Source of the DNA: an uncultured Gammaproteobacteria bacterium
Lineage (GTDB): Bacteria > Patescibacteriota > Microgenomatia > Levybacterales > GWA1-39-11
DNA: 64,000 nt
NCBI GenBank assembly: GCA_964651815.1
Contig: CAZYWG010000002.1
Span: 28,522 to 92,521, forward strand
Reading direction: 5' to 3'
Shown here: positions 30,385 through 39,458 of the stretch, piece after piece
Numbering within the stretch: position 1 is the first letter of the stretch
How the letters are laid out: every line of letters begins with the position of its first letter
Program-made: the position numbers and the translations under genes
Notes under the pieces: model-generated
What the model was told of the DNA's origin: nothing
Seen by the model: only the letters and a program-made list of their open reading frames with translations
Database searches by the model: none

Positions 30385-31394
30385 GAATTTTTATATTGTT
30401 TTTCATAGTATTTCTTATATTCACCATCCTTAACGTCGCGCCACCACATCTCATTATCGCGATACCAATTAACGGTTTTCTCGAGCCACTCATCAAAACC
30501 ATGAAGAGGCTGCCATCCCAGTTCTGTCTTAATTTTTGACCAATCCACAGCGTATCTCCTGTCATGCCCGGGCCTGTCTGCAACAAATTCAATCATGTCA
30601 TCCGACATTCCCAACAAGTGAATTATTTTTTTTGCTACATCTAAATTTGAAATGTCCTCTGTTAAACCTCCTACAACATATGTTTCCCCAATTCTGCCAT
30701 TATTCAAAACTGCATCGATTGCCCGGGCATGGTCCTCAACATACAGCCAATCTCTTACATACAATCCATCGCCATAAATCGGAATTTTTTTACCTTCAAG
30801 TAAATTAGTTATAGCCAGAGATATAACTTTTTCTGGAAATTGATAAGGGCCAAAATTATTTGAACAATTTGTGATGGTAAACGGTAAATTAAAAGTATGT
30901 CCATACGAACGGACTAGATGATCCGAACCGGCTTTGCTTGCTGAATAAGGACTTCTGGGGTCATAAGGTGTTCGTTCATTAAATTTGTTCATGTCTCCCA
31001 ACTCAAGCGCTCCAAAGACTTCATCAGTTGATACATGATGAAATCTTTTTACGTTATTTTTGAGTGAAGCGTCAAGCAAAACTTGAGTCCCAACCACATT
31101 TGTCAAAACAAACTGCGCGGGATCATGTATGGAGCGGTCAACGTGGCTTTCGGCGGCAAAATGCACAACCGTGTCGATTCCCATCATGACGCTATTAACT
31201 TCATCTACATTTGTAATATCCCCCTTAACAAATTTATAATTGGGATTTTTTTCAACTTCCGTAAGGTTTTCAAGATTCCCGGCGTATGTCAATTTATCAA
31301 AATTAATGATTTCATCATGAGGGTGATTTTTAATCCAATACAATATGAAATTTGATCCAATAAAACCTGCTCCGCCGGTAACAAGAAGTTTCAT
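30381..31394 (-). CDS. rfbB: dTDP-glucose 4,6-dehydratase
   Basis: DKLTYAGN, HFAAESHVDRSI, STDEV, PYSASK, DRPGHDRRY. Confidence 0.96.
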   Translation of the reverse strand: MKLLVTGGAGFIGSNFILYWIKNHPHDEIINFDKLTYAGNLENLTEVEKNPNYKFVKGDITNVDEVNSVMMGIDTVVHFAAESHVDRSIHDPAQFVLTNVVGTQVLLDASLKNNVKRFHHVSTDEVFGALELGDMNKFNERTPYDPRSPYSASKAGSDHLVRSYGHTFNLPFTITNCSNNFGPYQFPEKVISLAITNLLEGKKIPIYGDGLYVRDWLYVEDHARAIDAVLNNGRIGETYVVGGLTEDISNLDVAKKIIHLLGMSDDMIEFVADRPGHDRRYAVDWSKIKTELGWQPLHGFDEWLEKTVNWYRDNEMWWRDVKDGEYKKYYEKQYKNS

Positions 31395-31400
31395 AAATGT

Positions 31401-32135
31401 TTAGAGTTCGTTGGCCTTTACTTTTTCTGCAACCAAATTATTTGCGCGGAGGAGTTCATCATGAGAAGTCCCAGCATCTATCCACCAATCTAAAAGTTCA
31501 CATTTCAAAGTCCCTTCTTTGAGATATTCATTATTAAGGTCCGTCACTTCCAATTCACCTCTTTTTGACGGTTTTAACTTACTTATAAAATCAAAAACGC
31601 GGTTGTCATACATATATACTCCGGTCTGTGCTATATTTGATTTTGGGTTCTCGGGTTTTTCTTCAATTGAAATTACTTTACCTTTTTCGTCCATTTCTAT
31701 CACTCCGTACTGGCCGGATTTTGTTGGCATTATCATCCCAAAAACAGTTGCACCCTTTTCTTGTTTCTCAAATTCATTCACTATATCGCTCAGATTAAAT
31801 CCGAATATTCCATCTCCCAGTAATACTAAAATTTGTTCGTTATCCGAAAACTCTTTGGCGAGAAGCATTGCTTCTGCAATACCCCCCGGTTTGTCCTGCA
31901 CGGTAAAATAAAGTCTCAACCCAAATTCCTCCCCAGATTTTAACAAACTAGTAAACTGTCCTGCATGATCTGGCGATGAGGAAATAAGCACTTCCTTTAT
32001 TCCCGCGCGAACCATAGATTCGATTGGGTAATAAATCATTGGCTTATTGTAAACCGGAAGCAAATGTTTATTGGTAACAAGGGTTAATGGTCTGAGTCTG
32101 GTTGCAAGTCCACCTGCGAGTATTACACCTTTCAT
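31401..32135 (-). CDS. rfbA: Glucose-1-phosphate thymidylyltransferase (short form)
   Basis: GVILAGG.ATRL.PLT, KHLLPVY.KPMIYYP, RGELE.TD, W.DAGT. Confidence 0.88.
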   Translation of the reverse strand: MKGVILAGGLATRLRPLTLVTNKHLLPVYNKPMIYYPIESMVRAGIKEVLISSSPDHAGQFTSLLKSGEEFGLRLYFTVQDKPGGIAEAMLLAKEFSDNEQILVLLGDGIFGFNLSDIVNEFEKQEKGATVFGMIMPTKSGQYGVIEMDEKGKVISIEEKPENPKSNIAQTGVYMYDNRVFDFISKLKPSKRGELEVTDLNNEYLKEGTLKCELLDWWIDAGTSHDELLRANNLVAEKVKANEL

Positions 32136-32398
32136 ATTTTTCCAACGGAAAGAAACAAAAAGCAAGCAAAAATTAAGATGCTTACAAGAATATATTCTAC
32201 CACAATTTTTGTTCTGAGTGTGTGGTGAAGCTTATGATGAAAAGTGCCTACCAATGTGTATATTACTAGAATAACAATTAATGCTGTTTCTTGAGCGTGA
32301 AAATTGTAAGACAAGCGATAAACAAAGAAGAATCCGATAAGCAAAATTAAAAGCTCAATAACATAATAAAGCTGGTGCGGAAATTTGACGCGGCTTAT
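32132..32398 (-). CDS. Small membrane protein (start uncertain: ATA 32398 or TTG 32344)
   Basis: Three hydrophobic segments and HH..H motif; translationally coupled to rfbA (ATGA). Confidence 0.6.
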   Translation of the reverse strand: MSRVKFPHQLYYVIELLILLIGFFFVYRLSYNFHAQETALIVILVIYTLVGTFHHKLHHTLRTKIVVEYILVSILIFACFLFLSVGKI

Positions 32399-33339
32399 AT
32401 GATTACCCCTCCTTTTAGAATTATCATGAACAAGATAAACGTAAGAATTAACATTATATGGTCAAGATTATGCCCAACAATTCTTGGAATTTTTTTCCGC
32501 TCTATTATTACCAAATCCATAAGAAGCCCAAATCCTATAAAGGATAGGGCAACGCTTGTTGCGGCTTTTGAAGTTATTGAAACATCAATTTTTGGCTTGT
32601 TAACTACAGCAGTATGTGCAGGTTGCGATGCGGAGGCGGTTTTTACAACAACTTTTGCTTGAATAGGAGTTGGTGTTGGCAAAACTTTTGGACTTTGAGC
32701 GTTTGTTTCTTGACCCGCTACATTTGACTGAGCTGACGCAGTTGTAGCAGGCGGTAAAACGGCAAGATTTTCACCGGCTGTTGAACCAAATTCCTGAACA
32801 ATTAAAACTGTATCTTCACCCTGCAATGTACCGGGCACTACTGCAAAGCCTACGTCCTTAAAATGAGTTGATAAAATATTTTCCCGGTGTGATGATGAAT
32901 TCATCCACGCGTTGACTGCTGACGACGAATCAGTAAAACCTTTAGCTAAATTTTCGCCTGCAAATTGATAATTATACCCTGCAGCGCGTATAAATCCCCA
33001 TGGGGAAGTTGATCCGTCTGGCGCAAAATGCGCCCAGTAATTTTTCTGGAACATGTCAGCCGCTTTTCTTCTTGCAGCGTCTGCCAACTCTGAATTTTCA
33101 ACCAAAGCAGGCAATCCATTTGATACTCTCTGTTGATTAACAAGTGCAAGCAGGTCACTTTCTGATATTGAATATGAAACACCTAAGACGTCCGGATGCG
33201 ATTTATTAATGTTGTACCCCAAAAACGTAACGCTGAATATAAAAAGAATGATTATTACAAGACTCGAATGGTGCAATACCCGGGCGCGGTGATTATTTCT
33301 CTTGTGGGGAGTAAGCAAGTGCTTTAGAAACTTAATCAT
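32395..33339 (-). CDS. CAP/SCP-domain membrane protein
   Basis: NQQR..GL..L, YWAH, AGENLA, WMNS.SHRENIL; N- and C-terminal TMs. Confidence 0.88.
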   Translation of the reverse strand: MIKFLKHLLTPHKRNNHRARVLHHSSLVIIILFIFSVTFLGYNINKSHPDVLGVSYSISESDLLALVNQQRVSNGLPALVENSELADAARRKAADMFQKNYWAHFAPDGSTSPWGFIRAAGYNYQFAGENLAKGFTDSSSAVNAWMNSSSHRENILSTHFKDVGFAVVPGTLQGEDTVLIVQEFGSTAGENLAVLPPATTASAQSNVAGQETNAQSPKVLPTPTPIQAKVVVKTASASQPAHTAVVNKPKIDVSITSKAATSVALSFIGFGLLMDLVIIERKKIPRIVGHNLDHIMLILTFILFMIILKGGVII

Positions 33340-33368
33340 ACATCCATCATAGCAAAAATTGAATTTTA

Positions 33369-33680
33369 TTAATATTCTGGAAGTTCTATTTCTCCAATTT
33401 TTTTACCATTTATTTTTATAGACGAACTAAATGAAAGTGCATTCGCTATTGAAATTCCAACCCTAAGACCCGTGAATGACCCAGGGCCTTTTTCAATTTT
33501 AATCTCATCAATTTCATTTGTTTTTAAACCGGATTTTTTTAAAAGTTTTTCAATTAATGGAAGAGTTGCCTGCGCCTTTTGTACGTTTGCTTCCGACTCC
33601 TCAATAAATTCTTGTTTGTTTGTTTTGATTCTAACAATTATCCTACTGTTATCTCTTGTATCTATATATAAAATATTCAT
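33369..33680 (-). CDS. tsaB: TsaB-like protein, N-terminal half only
   Basis: LYIDT and GPGSFTGLRVG..A.AL; clustered with tsaC and tsaE. Confidence 0.8.
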   Translation of the reverse strand: MNILYIDTRDNSRIIVRIKTNKQEFIEESEANVQKAQATLPLIEKLLKKSGLKTNEIDEIKIEKGPGSFTGLRVGISIANALSFSSSIKINGKKIGEIELPEY

Positions 33681-33703
33681 CTTTTTCTATTTTCGATTTA
33701 ACG

Positions 33704-34282
33704 CTAAAAGCTGACTTTCACAGCGCCATCCCTTAAAATTTTAAACGGCATTTTTGTACAATCTACAACCGTTGAGCTTTGTTTTATGGTACAGCGTCCA
33801 AGAATTACATAATCCACCAATTCGACGAGCTTCGGGTCGAGGTCTGATATTTTTAATGGAGTCAAACCTCCGGAAAAATTTGCCGAGGGAGCCAAAATCG
33901 GTACACCGACTTTTTTAATTAACTTCAGGAGTGTTTTGTGGTTTGGCATTCGAATTCCAATTGTGTCACCACCACCACGAGCAGGACTCGGAATTTTTTC
34001 TTTCCTACATTTTAAAACAATAGTCAAACCACCGGGCCAATACTTATCCATAAGAAAACGTACTTCCGGGTCTATTTTGTCTACGTATTCCTCTGCCATT
34101 TCAATTGATGAAACAAGTACCGGGACAGCTTTATAGTGTGGCCTTTTGCGAATTTCAAACAAACGCGCGACAGATTTCTCATAGTCAATTCTGCACCCTA
34201 TTCCAAATACGGTATCTGTTGGAAAAATAACTATTCCTCCCTTTTTAATAATTTCTGACGCTTGTTCTAAGTTTTTATCCAT
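33704..34282 (-). CDS. tsaC: Threonylcarbamoyl-AMP synthase (TsaC/Sua5)
   Basis: PTDTV.G, K.RP..K, WPG.LT, RMP, PSAN.SG, STVVD. Confidence 0.92.
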   Translation of the reverse strand: MDKNLEQASEIIKKGGIVIFPTDTVFGIGCRIDYEKSVARLFEIRKRPHYKAVPVLVSSIEMAEEYVDKIDPEVRFLMDKYWPGGLTIVLKCRKEKIPSPARGGGDTIGIRMPNHKTLLKLIKKVGVPILAPSANFSGGLTPLKISDLDPKLVELVDYVILGRCTIKQSSTVVDCTKMPFKILRDGAVKVSF

Positions 34283-34736
34283 GTTTTAAAAAAGTAATTC
34301 GTCGTTTATTGTCTCCGATAATTTCAAAATTTATTTTCCATGTGTATTCTATCTTAGACCTGTCCCCCCATTCAATTAAAAATACTCCTTCATGATCTTC
34401 AAGAATTTCATCCAAACCTAAACCTTTTATTTCTTTCACATCTTCTAGTCGATACAAATCAATATGATACAAAGTTTTAATGTCTTGCCGTTCTCCTTTG
34501 AATTTTGATTCAACTTCGTGTTTACGAATTAAAACAAATGTTGGTGAAATAATTCTTCCTCTTATATTGAAATGCTTAGCAATTCCTTGTGTGAAAGTTG
34601 TTTTCCCCGCTCCCAACTCTCCTATGAGAAATATTTTGTCCCCGGGTTTTATGTCTTTTGCAAAATTTTCACCGGCTTTAATTGTTTGATTTGTGTCTTC
34701 CGTCAGGAGGATCTTTGATTCTTCCATATTCATCAA
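34275..34736 (-). CDS. tsaE: t6A biosynthesis ATPase TsaE
   Basis: GELGAGKT, SPTF, HIDLYRL, IEW. Confidence 0.94.
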   Translation of the reverse strand: MMNMEESKILLTEDTNQTIKAGENFAKDIKPGDKIFLIGELGAGKTTFTQGIAKHFNIRGRIISPTFVLIRKHEVESKFKGERQDIKTLYHIDLYRLEDVKEIKGLGLDEILEDHEGVFLIEWGDRSKIEYTWKINFEIIGDNKRRITFLKHG

Positions 34737-34757
34737 AAATTGGGCAAATTTAGTTAT

Positions 34758-35636
34758 TTACTTTCCAATTTTTTGGCGGAGAAAGGATACTATTTTATCT
34801 CCAAACTGAAAGTAAGCAAGTATGCCACACACCGCCAAGAATATCAAACCTAAAACAATAAAAATAACCGGTTGGACTGATGTTGATATTCCTAATACTT
34901 CAGTTTTAACCGCTTTTGTAGGAGTACCTTGTTTGAATATATTGTTGCCCGCATCTGATCCTAGCTTAAGACTTGAATTTGGATCATCAGTTGGTGTGGG
35001 ACCTCTTTCCGAATTCGGATCATTACTTAAAGTTTTATTCCCTAGAGCAGGCGTTTTAGTAGGAGTTGGAGCAGACGTTGGAACTTTGGTTGGCGTCGCA
35101 CTAGGTGCAGGTGTTGGAGTTGGTGTTTTTGTAGGTGTAGGTGCGTTAGTTGGTACGGGAGTTGCCGTTGGAGGTGGAGCAGAATTAGTCGCTCCCTCTG
35201 TCGAATCAGTATTATTTACAAACGAACCCGTACCATTTGGAATTCTTGACCAAGATTTATCTTGCGTTGTCGAATCAAACGACATGGAATCGATTGTCTG
35301 GCCAGAATCATCTTTCAACTCGACACCATCCCCGGTATTATTAAGTGATATTCCTGTTGTTTGTTTGTTAAACGAAATATATGCTCCTGCAGACAAACTA
35401 TTCTCTGGTATTGTATAAGTATTGGTCGAACCTGTTGTATCCGAAATTTTCCAGTTTGTAATTGAAACAGAGTCAGATCCATTATTAAATAGTTCGATAA
35501 ATTCTGAATCCTCGGATGAAGATCCGCTGGGGTTAGGAAAAACCTCATTTATTACAACATTTGAAGCAAAAACGCTTCTCGGGAAAAAATAGAAAATCAA
35601 AAAAAGAATTGATAACGTCTGAAGAATCTTCCTCAT
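34758..35636 (-). CDS. Secreted lamin-tail-domain protein with Pro/Thr linker and C-terminal TM
   Basis: Signal peptide; VVINEV..NP, EFIEL.N, LNN.GD.V.L; PT repeats. Confidence 0.82.
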   Translation of the reverse strand: MRKILQTLSILFLIFYFFPRSVFASNVVINEVFPNPSGSSSEDSEFIELFNNGSDSVSITNWKISDTTGSTNTYTIPENSLSAGAYISFNKQTTGISLNNTGDGVELKDDSGQTIDSMSFDSTTQDKSWSRIPNGTGSFVNNTDSTEGATNSAPPPTATPVPTNAPTPTKTPTPTPAPSATPTKVPTSAPTPTKTPALGNKTLSNDPNSERGPTPTDDPNSSLKLGSDAGNNIFKQGTPTKAVKTEVLGISTSVQPVIFIVLGLIFLAVCGILAYFQFGDKIVSFLRQKIGK

Positions 35637-35700
35637 GAATTATGCTTATAGAAGTCTATCAAAAAGTAGGATAATTTCAAAATGCAAAAATTTAACTTTT

Positions 35701-36972
35701 TTAATTTACAACAACTTTGTCAATTTCAAAAATACTTGCAACGGAATAGTGGTCTGTAAAACTTATATCTTTCCCATTTGGAATATATGGGTCTCGCATT
35801 GTATAACTACCACCAGAACCGCTTTTAATGACAACGAAATGCGTCCCACCATATGCATGAATTCCAACTATTGCAGGATTCCCGCCGGATAACGCATCAT
35901 CTAACGCAGAACCTGTTCTTGATGCTGTTGCGCCGTCCGCATGAACTGTATACAAAAGGTATGCTGGATAATAAGATGCAAAATTACCGGGGTCGGAATT
36001 AATAGAGATAGGCGTGACTCCGTGATGACCGTAATGTGTAAATATCATCGCAACTGACGTAACCAAACAGCCGTCGGACGCGATTGTGTATTGTGTACCG
36101 TTGAGCGACAAACCACCCCATTGAGTGTCACGCTGGTTATAATAACAACCCCAGTCATCACATGATGTTTGGCCAGATAGTAAGGAAGATCCACCAAGGT
36201 TTGCGGTAAATTTGGAAAAGCCTGCTAACTGCGCCTGGGCTGCGGCAAGCAATTTTTCATAACTTGATTCATTCCCTTGAGTTTGGGCGAGCAAGGTTTG
36301 CTTATCTTTTTTCTGACCATCAAGCTGGTCTGTGTAATCAGAAAGTTTTTTATTTAATGCCTCCGCTTGAGCTTCCTCACCCTGATAAATTGTTTTTTGG
36401 TTTGTGTAATCGTTTTTATTTTGTTCAGCAGCGTATACCTTCCGCTTATCGTAAACCTGGACGATTCTAAGATATGTTAGCCGCTTGAATACATCGGCAA
36501 GATTTGTTGCAGACAAAAAAATCTCCCATGGCTTTATAGTCCCAACCTGATAAACTGCCGCAATTCTGGCAATTAAAACTTTTGTAGAAGAGTCAATATC
36601 GTGTTGTAAATTGGCTACTTTCCCTTTAGCAATTTCTATATCCTTGTTTAAATTTGTAATTTGATCTTTAGTTGCTTCAATTCGGAGCTCAGTTAATTTT
36701 ATTTGATTGTCCATTATTCCAATTTGTGAATTGAGTGTTTTTTCCTGTCCTTGAAGATCCGTTATTTTCTGCTGATATTCTTTTATTTGTTTTTCGAGAT
36801 CTGCCTGCGCTGCCGAATTATCCTGACTAGGAGTTGGGGTAGCACTAGGCGTTGGAGTTGGATCATCCGCGTAAACTAAACAAAATCTTGCTGCAAAAAG
36901 AGCAACAAAAGAAATTATTATAGTGGCAATTAGAAAATTTTTAAATCCTGAATCTTTTGACCATTTAACCAT
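35701..36972 (-). CDS. PcsB/CwlO-like coiled-coil protein with C39-like peptidase domain
   Basis: Signal/TM, long coiled coil, then YYNQRD..W, GCLVTSVAM, HFVVI, RDP; downstream of ftsEX. Confidence 0.75.
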   Translation of the reverse strand: MVKWSKDSGFKNFLIATIIISFVALFAARFCLVYADDPTPTPSATPTPSQDNSAAQADLEKQIKEYQQKITDLQGQEKTLNSQIGIMDNQIKLTELRIEATKDQITNLNKDIEIAKGKVANLQHDIDSSTKVLIARIAAVYQVGTIKPWEIFLSATNLADVFKRLTYLRIVQVYDKRKVYAAEQNKNDYTNQKTIYQGEEAQAEALNKKLSDYTDQLDGQKKDKQTLLAQTQGNESSYEKLLAAAQAQLAGFSKFTANLGGSSLLSGQTSCDDWGCYYNQRDTQWGGLSLNGTQYTIASDGCLVTSVAMIFTHYGHHGVTPISINSDPGNFASYYPAYLLYTVHADGATASRTGSALDDALSGGNPAIVGIHAYGGTHFVVIKSGSGGSYTMRDPYIPNGKDISFTDHYSVASIFEIDKVVVN

Positions 36973-36985
36973 GTGACCATTTATT

Positions 36986-37846
36986 TTACTTTAAGTATCG
37001 AAGAACTGCCAAATAGCTTGCGAATGCTCCAAGGGACATTGCTACTAGAATCTCAAGAGCTAATAGTTCTAGGAGAATTATTGGAGAAAGTGGAAAAATC
37101 GCAATACCATTTAAAAATGTTTCTATCCCTGGTGAAAAGTAATAAAAAAGAGCAATTGAACTGAGTCCTCCAATGACAGATCCCAAAAGTCCGTAAAACG
37201 CCCCTTCTGCTAAAAATGGCGCTCTAATAAACCAATTAGATGCTCCAATTAGCTTCATTATTTCAATTTCTTCTTTTCTAACCGTAATTTTTATTCCAAT
37301 TATTGTAATTATCATAAGAACTGAAACAACCAAAAGAATTCCAATAACGCCAAGTCCTATTCTTCTGAAAGCATCAGTCCAAGAAATTAGCTTATTTACC
37401 ACATCTTTTTGGAATGCTATTTGCTCAACAATATCTGATTTTTGAACTATAGTTGCGAGACTTGATAAATCCTCTGCCTGTAACGACTGTACTTCAATTG
37501 ATGCCGGCAAAATATCGGCTGTTACTAGATCAAGAAGTATAGGATCACTCTTATTTTGCTCTTTATAAAATTTAAGAGCTTCATCTTTTGAAACAAAGGT
37601 GACAGATGATGTTTTACCTGTTGATTCAAGCTGTTTTTCAAGTGACGTAATTTGTTGCATAGTAGTTGTATCCTTAAAGAAAACCGTGAGCTGGGGTTTT
37701 GATTCAAAATATGAAACAAGGCGTAGCGAAAGAATTGTTAAAATTGCAAAAACAGAAATTGCAAAAAAAGTAAGACTCATAATTGCCGCTGCAGATATTG
37801 CTTGATAAGGGGACCTTCTTATATATTTTGAAACGGTTTTTATCAT
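36986..37846 (-). CDS. ftsX: Cell division permease FtsX
   Basis: FVSKDEAL, LPASIEV, R.EEIEIMKLIGAS.WFIR.PF..EG. Confidence 0.93.
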   Translation of the reverse strand: MIKTVSKYIRRSPYQAISAAAIMSLTFFAISVFAILTILSLRLVSYFESKPQLTVFFKDTTTMQQITSLEKQLESTGKTSSVTFVSKDEALKFYKEQNKSDPILLDLVTADILPASIEVQSLQAEDLSSLATIVQKSDIVEQIAFQKDVVNKLISWTDAFRRIGLGVIGILLVVSVLMIITIIGIKITVRKEEIEIMKLIGASNWFIRAPFLAEGAFYGLLGSVIGGLSSIALFYYFSPGIETFLNGIAIFPLSPIILLELLALEILVAMSLGAFASYLAVLRYLK

Positions 37847-38697
37847 TTTCCTTTATGTGCGGCCAGCGTTGCAAGTTTTATTTTGTGGCGGTGGTCATCG
37901 TCTTCTTCTTTTTCTTTTTTCACATTTTCTTTTGAATCAATATGCTTTGCAGGTTTTTCATCTTTCTCTTCAATTGGCTTTGTTTTTTCTGCGTCTTCTT
38001 TTTCACTTTTTTCAGTAACTTTTGGTTCAACTTTTTTGGCTTTTTTGTCATCAACTAATTTACCTTTTGAGATAACTAATATTCTGTCGCTTGATTGCTC
38101 AATTATTTTGTCGTTGTGTGTTGCCATAAAAACCGTTGTTCCGTTTTTATTTATACTTTTCAACAAATCAAGAATTTGAAATGAAGTTTTGTTATCAAGA
38201 TTTCCGGTAGGCTCGTCAGCAAGTATTATTTCAGGGTCAAAAACAAGAGCCCTGGCAATTGCAACTCTTTGACGCTCTCCGCCTGAAAGCTGGAGAGGGA
38301 ATTTATCAAATTTTCCTTCAAGTCCAACGCTTATCAAAATTTCCTCAGCCCTACTCTTGGCTTCTCCACCTGCACCGGAAAGCTCCAGAGGCAACATAAC
38401 GTTTTCAATTACAGTTCTGTCAACCAAAAGCTTTAAATCCTGAAAAACTACGCCTACCTTTCGCCGGAGTGTTGAAATCTTTGACTTAGGCAAATTTACC
38501 AAATCCCATTCTCCTATATTAATTTGCCCTTCGCTTGGAAGAAGATCGCGGATTATTAAGCGGAATATTGTAGTTTTCCCAGACCCGGTTGGCCCAACCA
38601 AATAAACAAAACTGCCCCTTTCAATATCGAAATTAATCTTATCAAGGACAGGTTCTGCGTTTCCGTACTGTTTTGTAACATTGGCAAATACTATCAT
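37843..38697 (-). CDS. ftsE: Cell division ATP-binding protein FtsE with charged C-terminal tail
   Basis: GPTGSGKT, VFQD.KLL, LSGGE.QR, ADEPTGNLD; adjacent to ftsX. Confidence 0.92.
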   Translation of the reverse strand: MIVFANVTKQYGNAEPVLDKINFDIERGSFVYLVGPTGSGKTTIFRLIIRDLLPSEGQINIGEWDLVNLPKSKISTLRRKVGVVFQDLKLLVDRTVIENVMLPLELSGAGGEAKSRAEEILISVGLEGKFDKFPLQLSGGERQRVAIARALVFDPEIILADEPTGNLDNKTSFQILDLLKSINKNGTTVFMATHNDKIIEQSSDRILVISKGKLVDDKKAKKVEPKVTEKSEKEDAEKTKPIEEKDEKPAKHIDSKENVKKEKEEDDDHRHKIKLATLAAHKGK

Positions 38698-38700
38698 GAG

Positions 38701-38757
38701 ATTAAATAGCTATAACCGTAAATAAACCATGTAGCCATCAGCTATTTTAACTATTTT
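38701..38757. repeat. Intergenic 8-mer-type repeat related to 24420-24490
   Basis: Shares ttaaatagctata (direct) and aaccatgtagcc (inverted) with the 24.4 kb locus. Confidence 0.65.
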
Positions 38758-38767
38758 TTTTACTTGG

Positions 38768-39283
38768 CTATTCTATTTGAAGCCTGCCGACGTCCATAAG
38801 CCAACCGGCTTTTTGTGCCGAATTGGTCTCACCCCAGACTTTTACTTTTTTTCCTACGAAAGTTGATAAATCAATAACTGAAGATGTCAAATAAACGGTT
38901 TGTGAATCGCCGCCGGGACGGTCAAGATGATACGCACCTTCACCATCTATTCCACCTGCTTTTAGGTCCCCCTCCGCGCTGTCTTTAAATGAAGCATCTT
39001 TGGAACCAAATATCTGCCCTTTTGCAGCTGTCGTTGTGGATACTTTTCCATTTGGGCCGGCCACTTGGACAGTTGATGCGCCCCCAACTTGCGCCAAAAC
39101 ATAACCCGTTGCAATTCCAAGAAGGGCAAGGACCGCAAATAAAACAATTGGCGGTTTGGTTTTTCCCATAATTTCACTAAAATCCGATGGTTTTTTATCC
39201 CCTTTACTTTTTACAGTGGGAGATTCATCAAAAGAATGGATTATTTTATCCCGATTAGATCGGGATTGATCCTTATCTTTCAT
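38768..39283 (-). CDS. Hypothetical membrane-anchored protein (OB-fold-like C-terminus)
   Basis: One TM; EG.L..GG..GEG..HL.R.GG.SQTVYLTSS..DL..FVGKKV.VWGET. Confidence 0.7.
   Translation of the reverse strand: MKDKDQSRSNRDKIIHSFDESPTVKSKGDKKPSDFSEIMGKTKPPIVLFAVLALLGIATGYVLAQVGGASTVQVAGPNGKVSTTTAAKGQIFGSKDASFKDSAEGDLKAGGIDGEGAYHLDRPGGDSQTVYLTSSVIDLSTFVGKKVKVWGETNSAQKAGWLMDVGRLQIE
39248..39266. repeat. Short palindromic REP-like element inside a CDS
   Basis: ATCCCGAT-tag-ATCGGGAT perfect 8-bp stem, encoding SRSNRD. Confidence 0.6.
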
Positions 39284-39322
39284 GATCTAAGTAAACCATA
39301 TTTGACAAACTTTTACAAGTTT

Positions 39323-39455
39323 AAAATTCCAAAAATCAAGCACCAAATTACAAATTAGTTTTAAATTTTGTTATTTAAATTTGAGAATTTATTTGGTATT
39401 TGCCCCTCGGTCCTGAGAACCTCGGGGTCGAAGGAGAATTTGGATCTTGGTGCTT
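39323..39455. repeat. Intergenic 7-mer repeat hairpin with nested GC-rich palindrome
   Basis: caaaaat caagcac caaatta caaatta ... tggtatt ... tggatct tggtgct; aagcaccaa/ttggtgctt inverted pair; internal cccc...gggg stem. Confidence 0.7.
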
Positions 39456-39458
39456 AAA

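Noticed and set aside
34985-35180. Repetitive DNA in the lamin-tail gene and antisense 198-aa ORF 34822-35418
   Set aside because: Explained by the codon-periodic Pro/Thr linker; the antisense ORF is its shadow.
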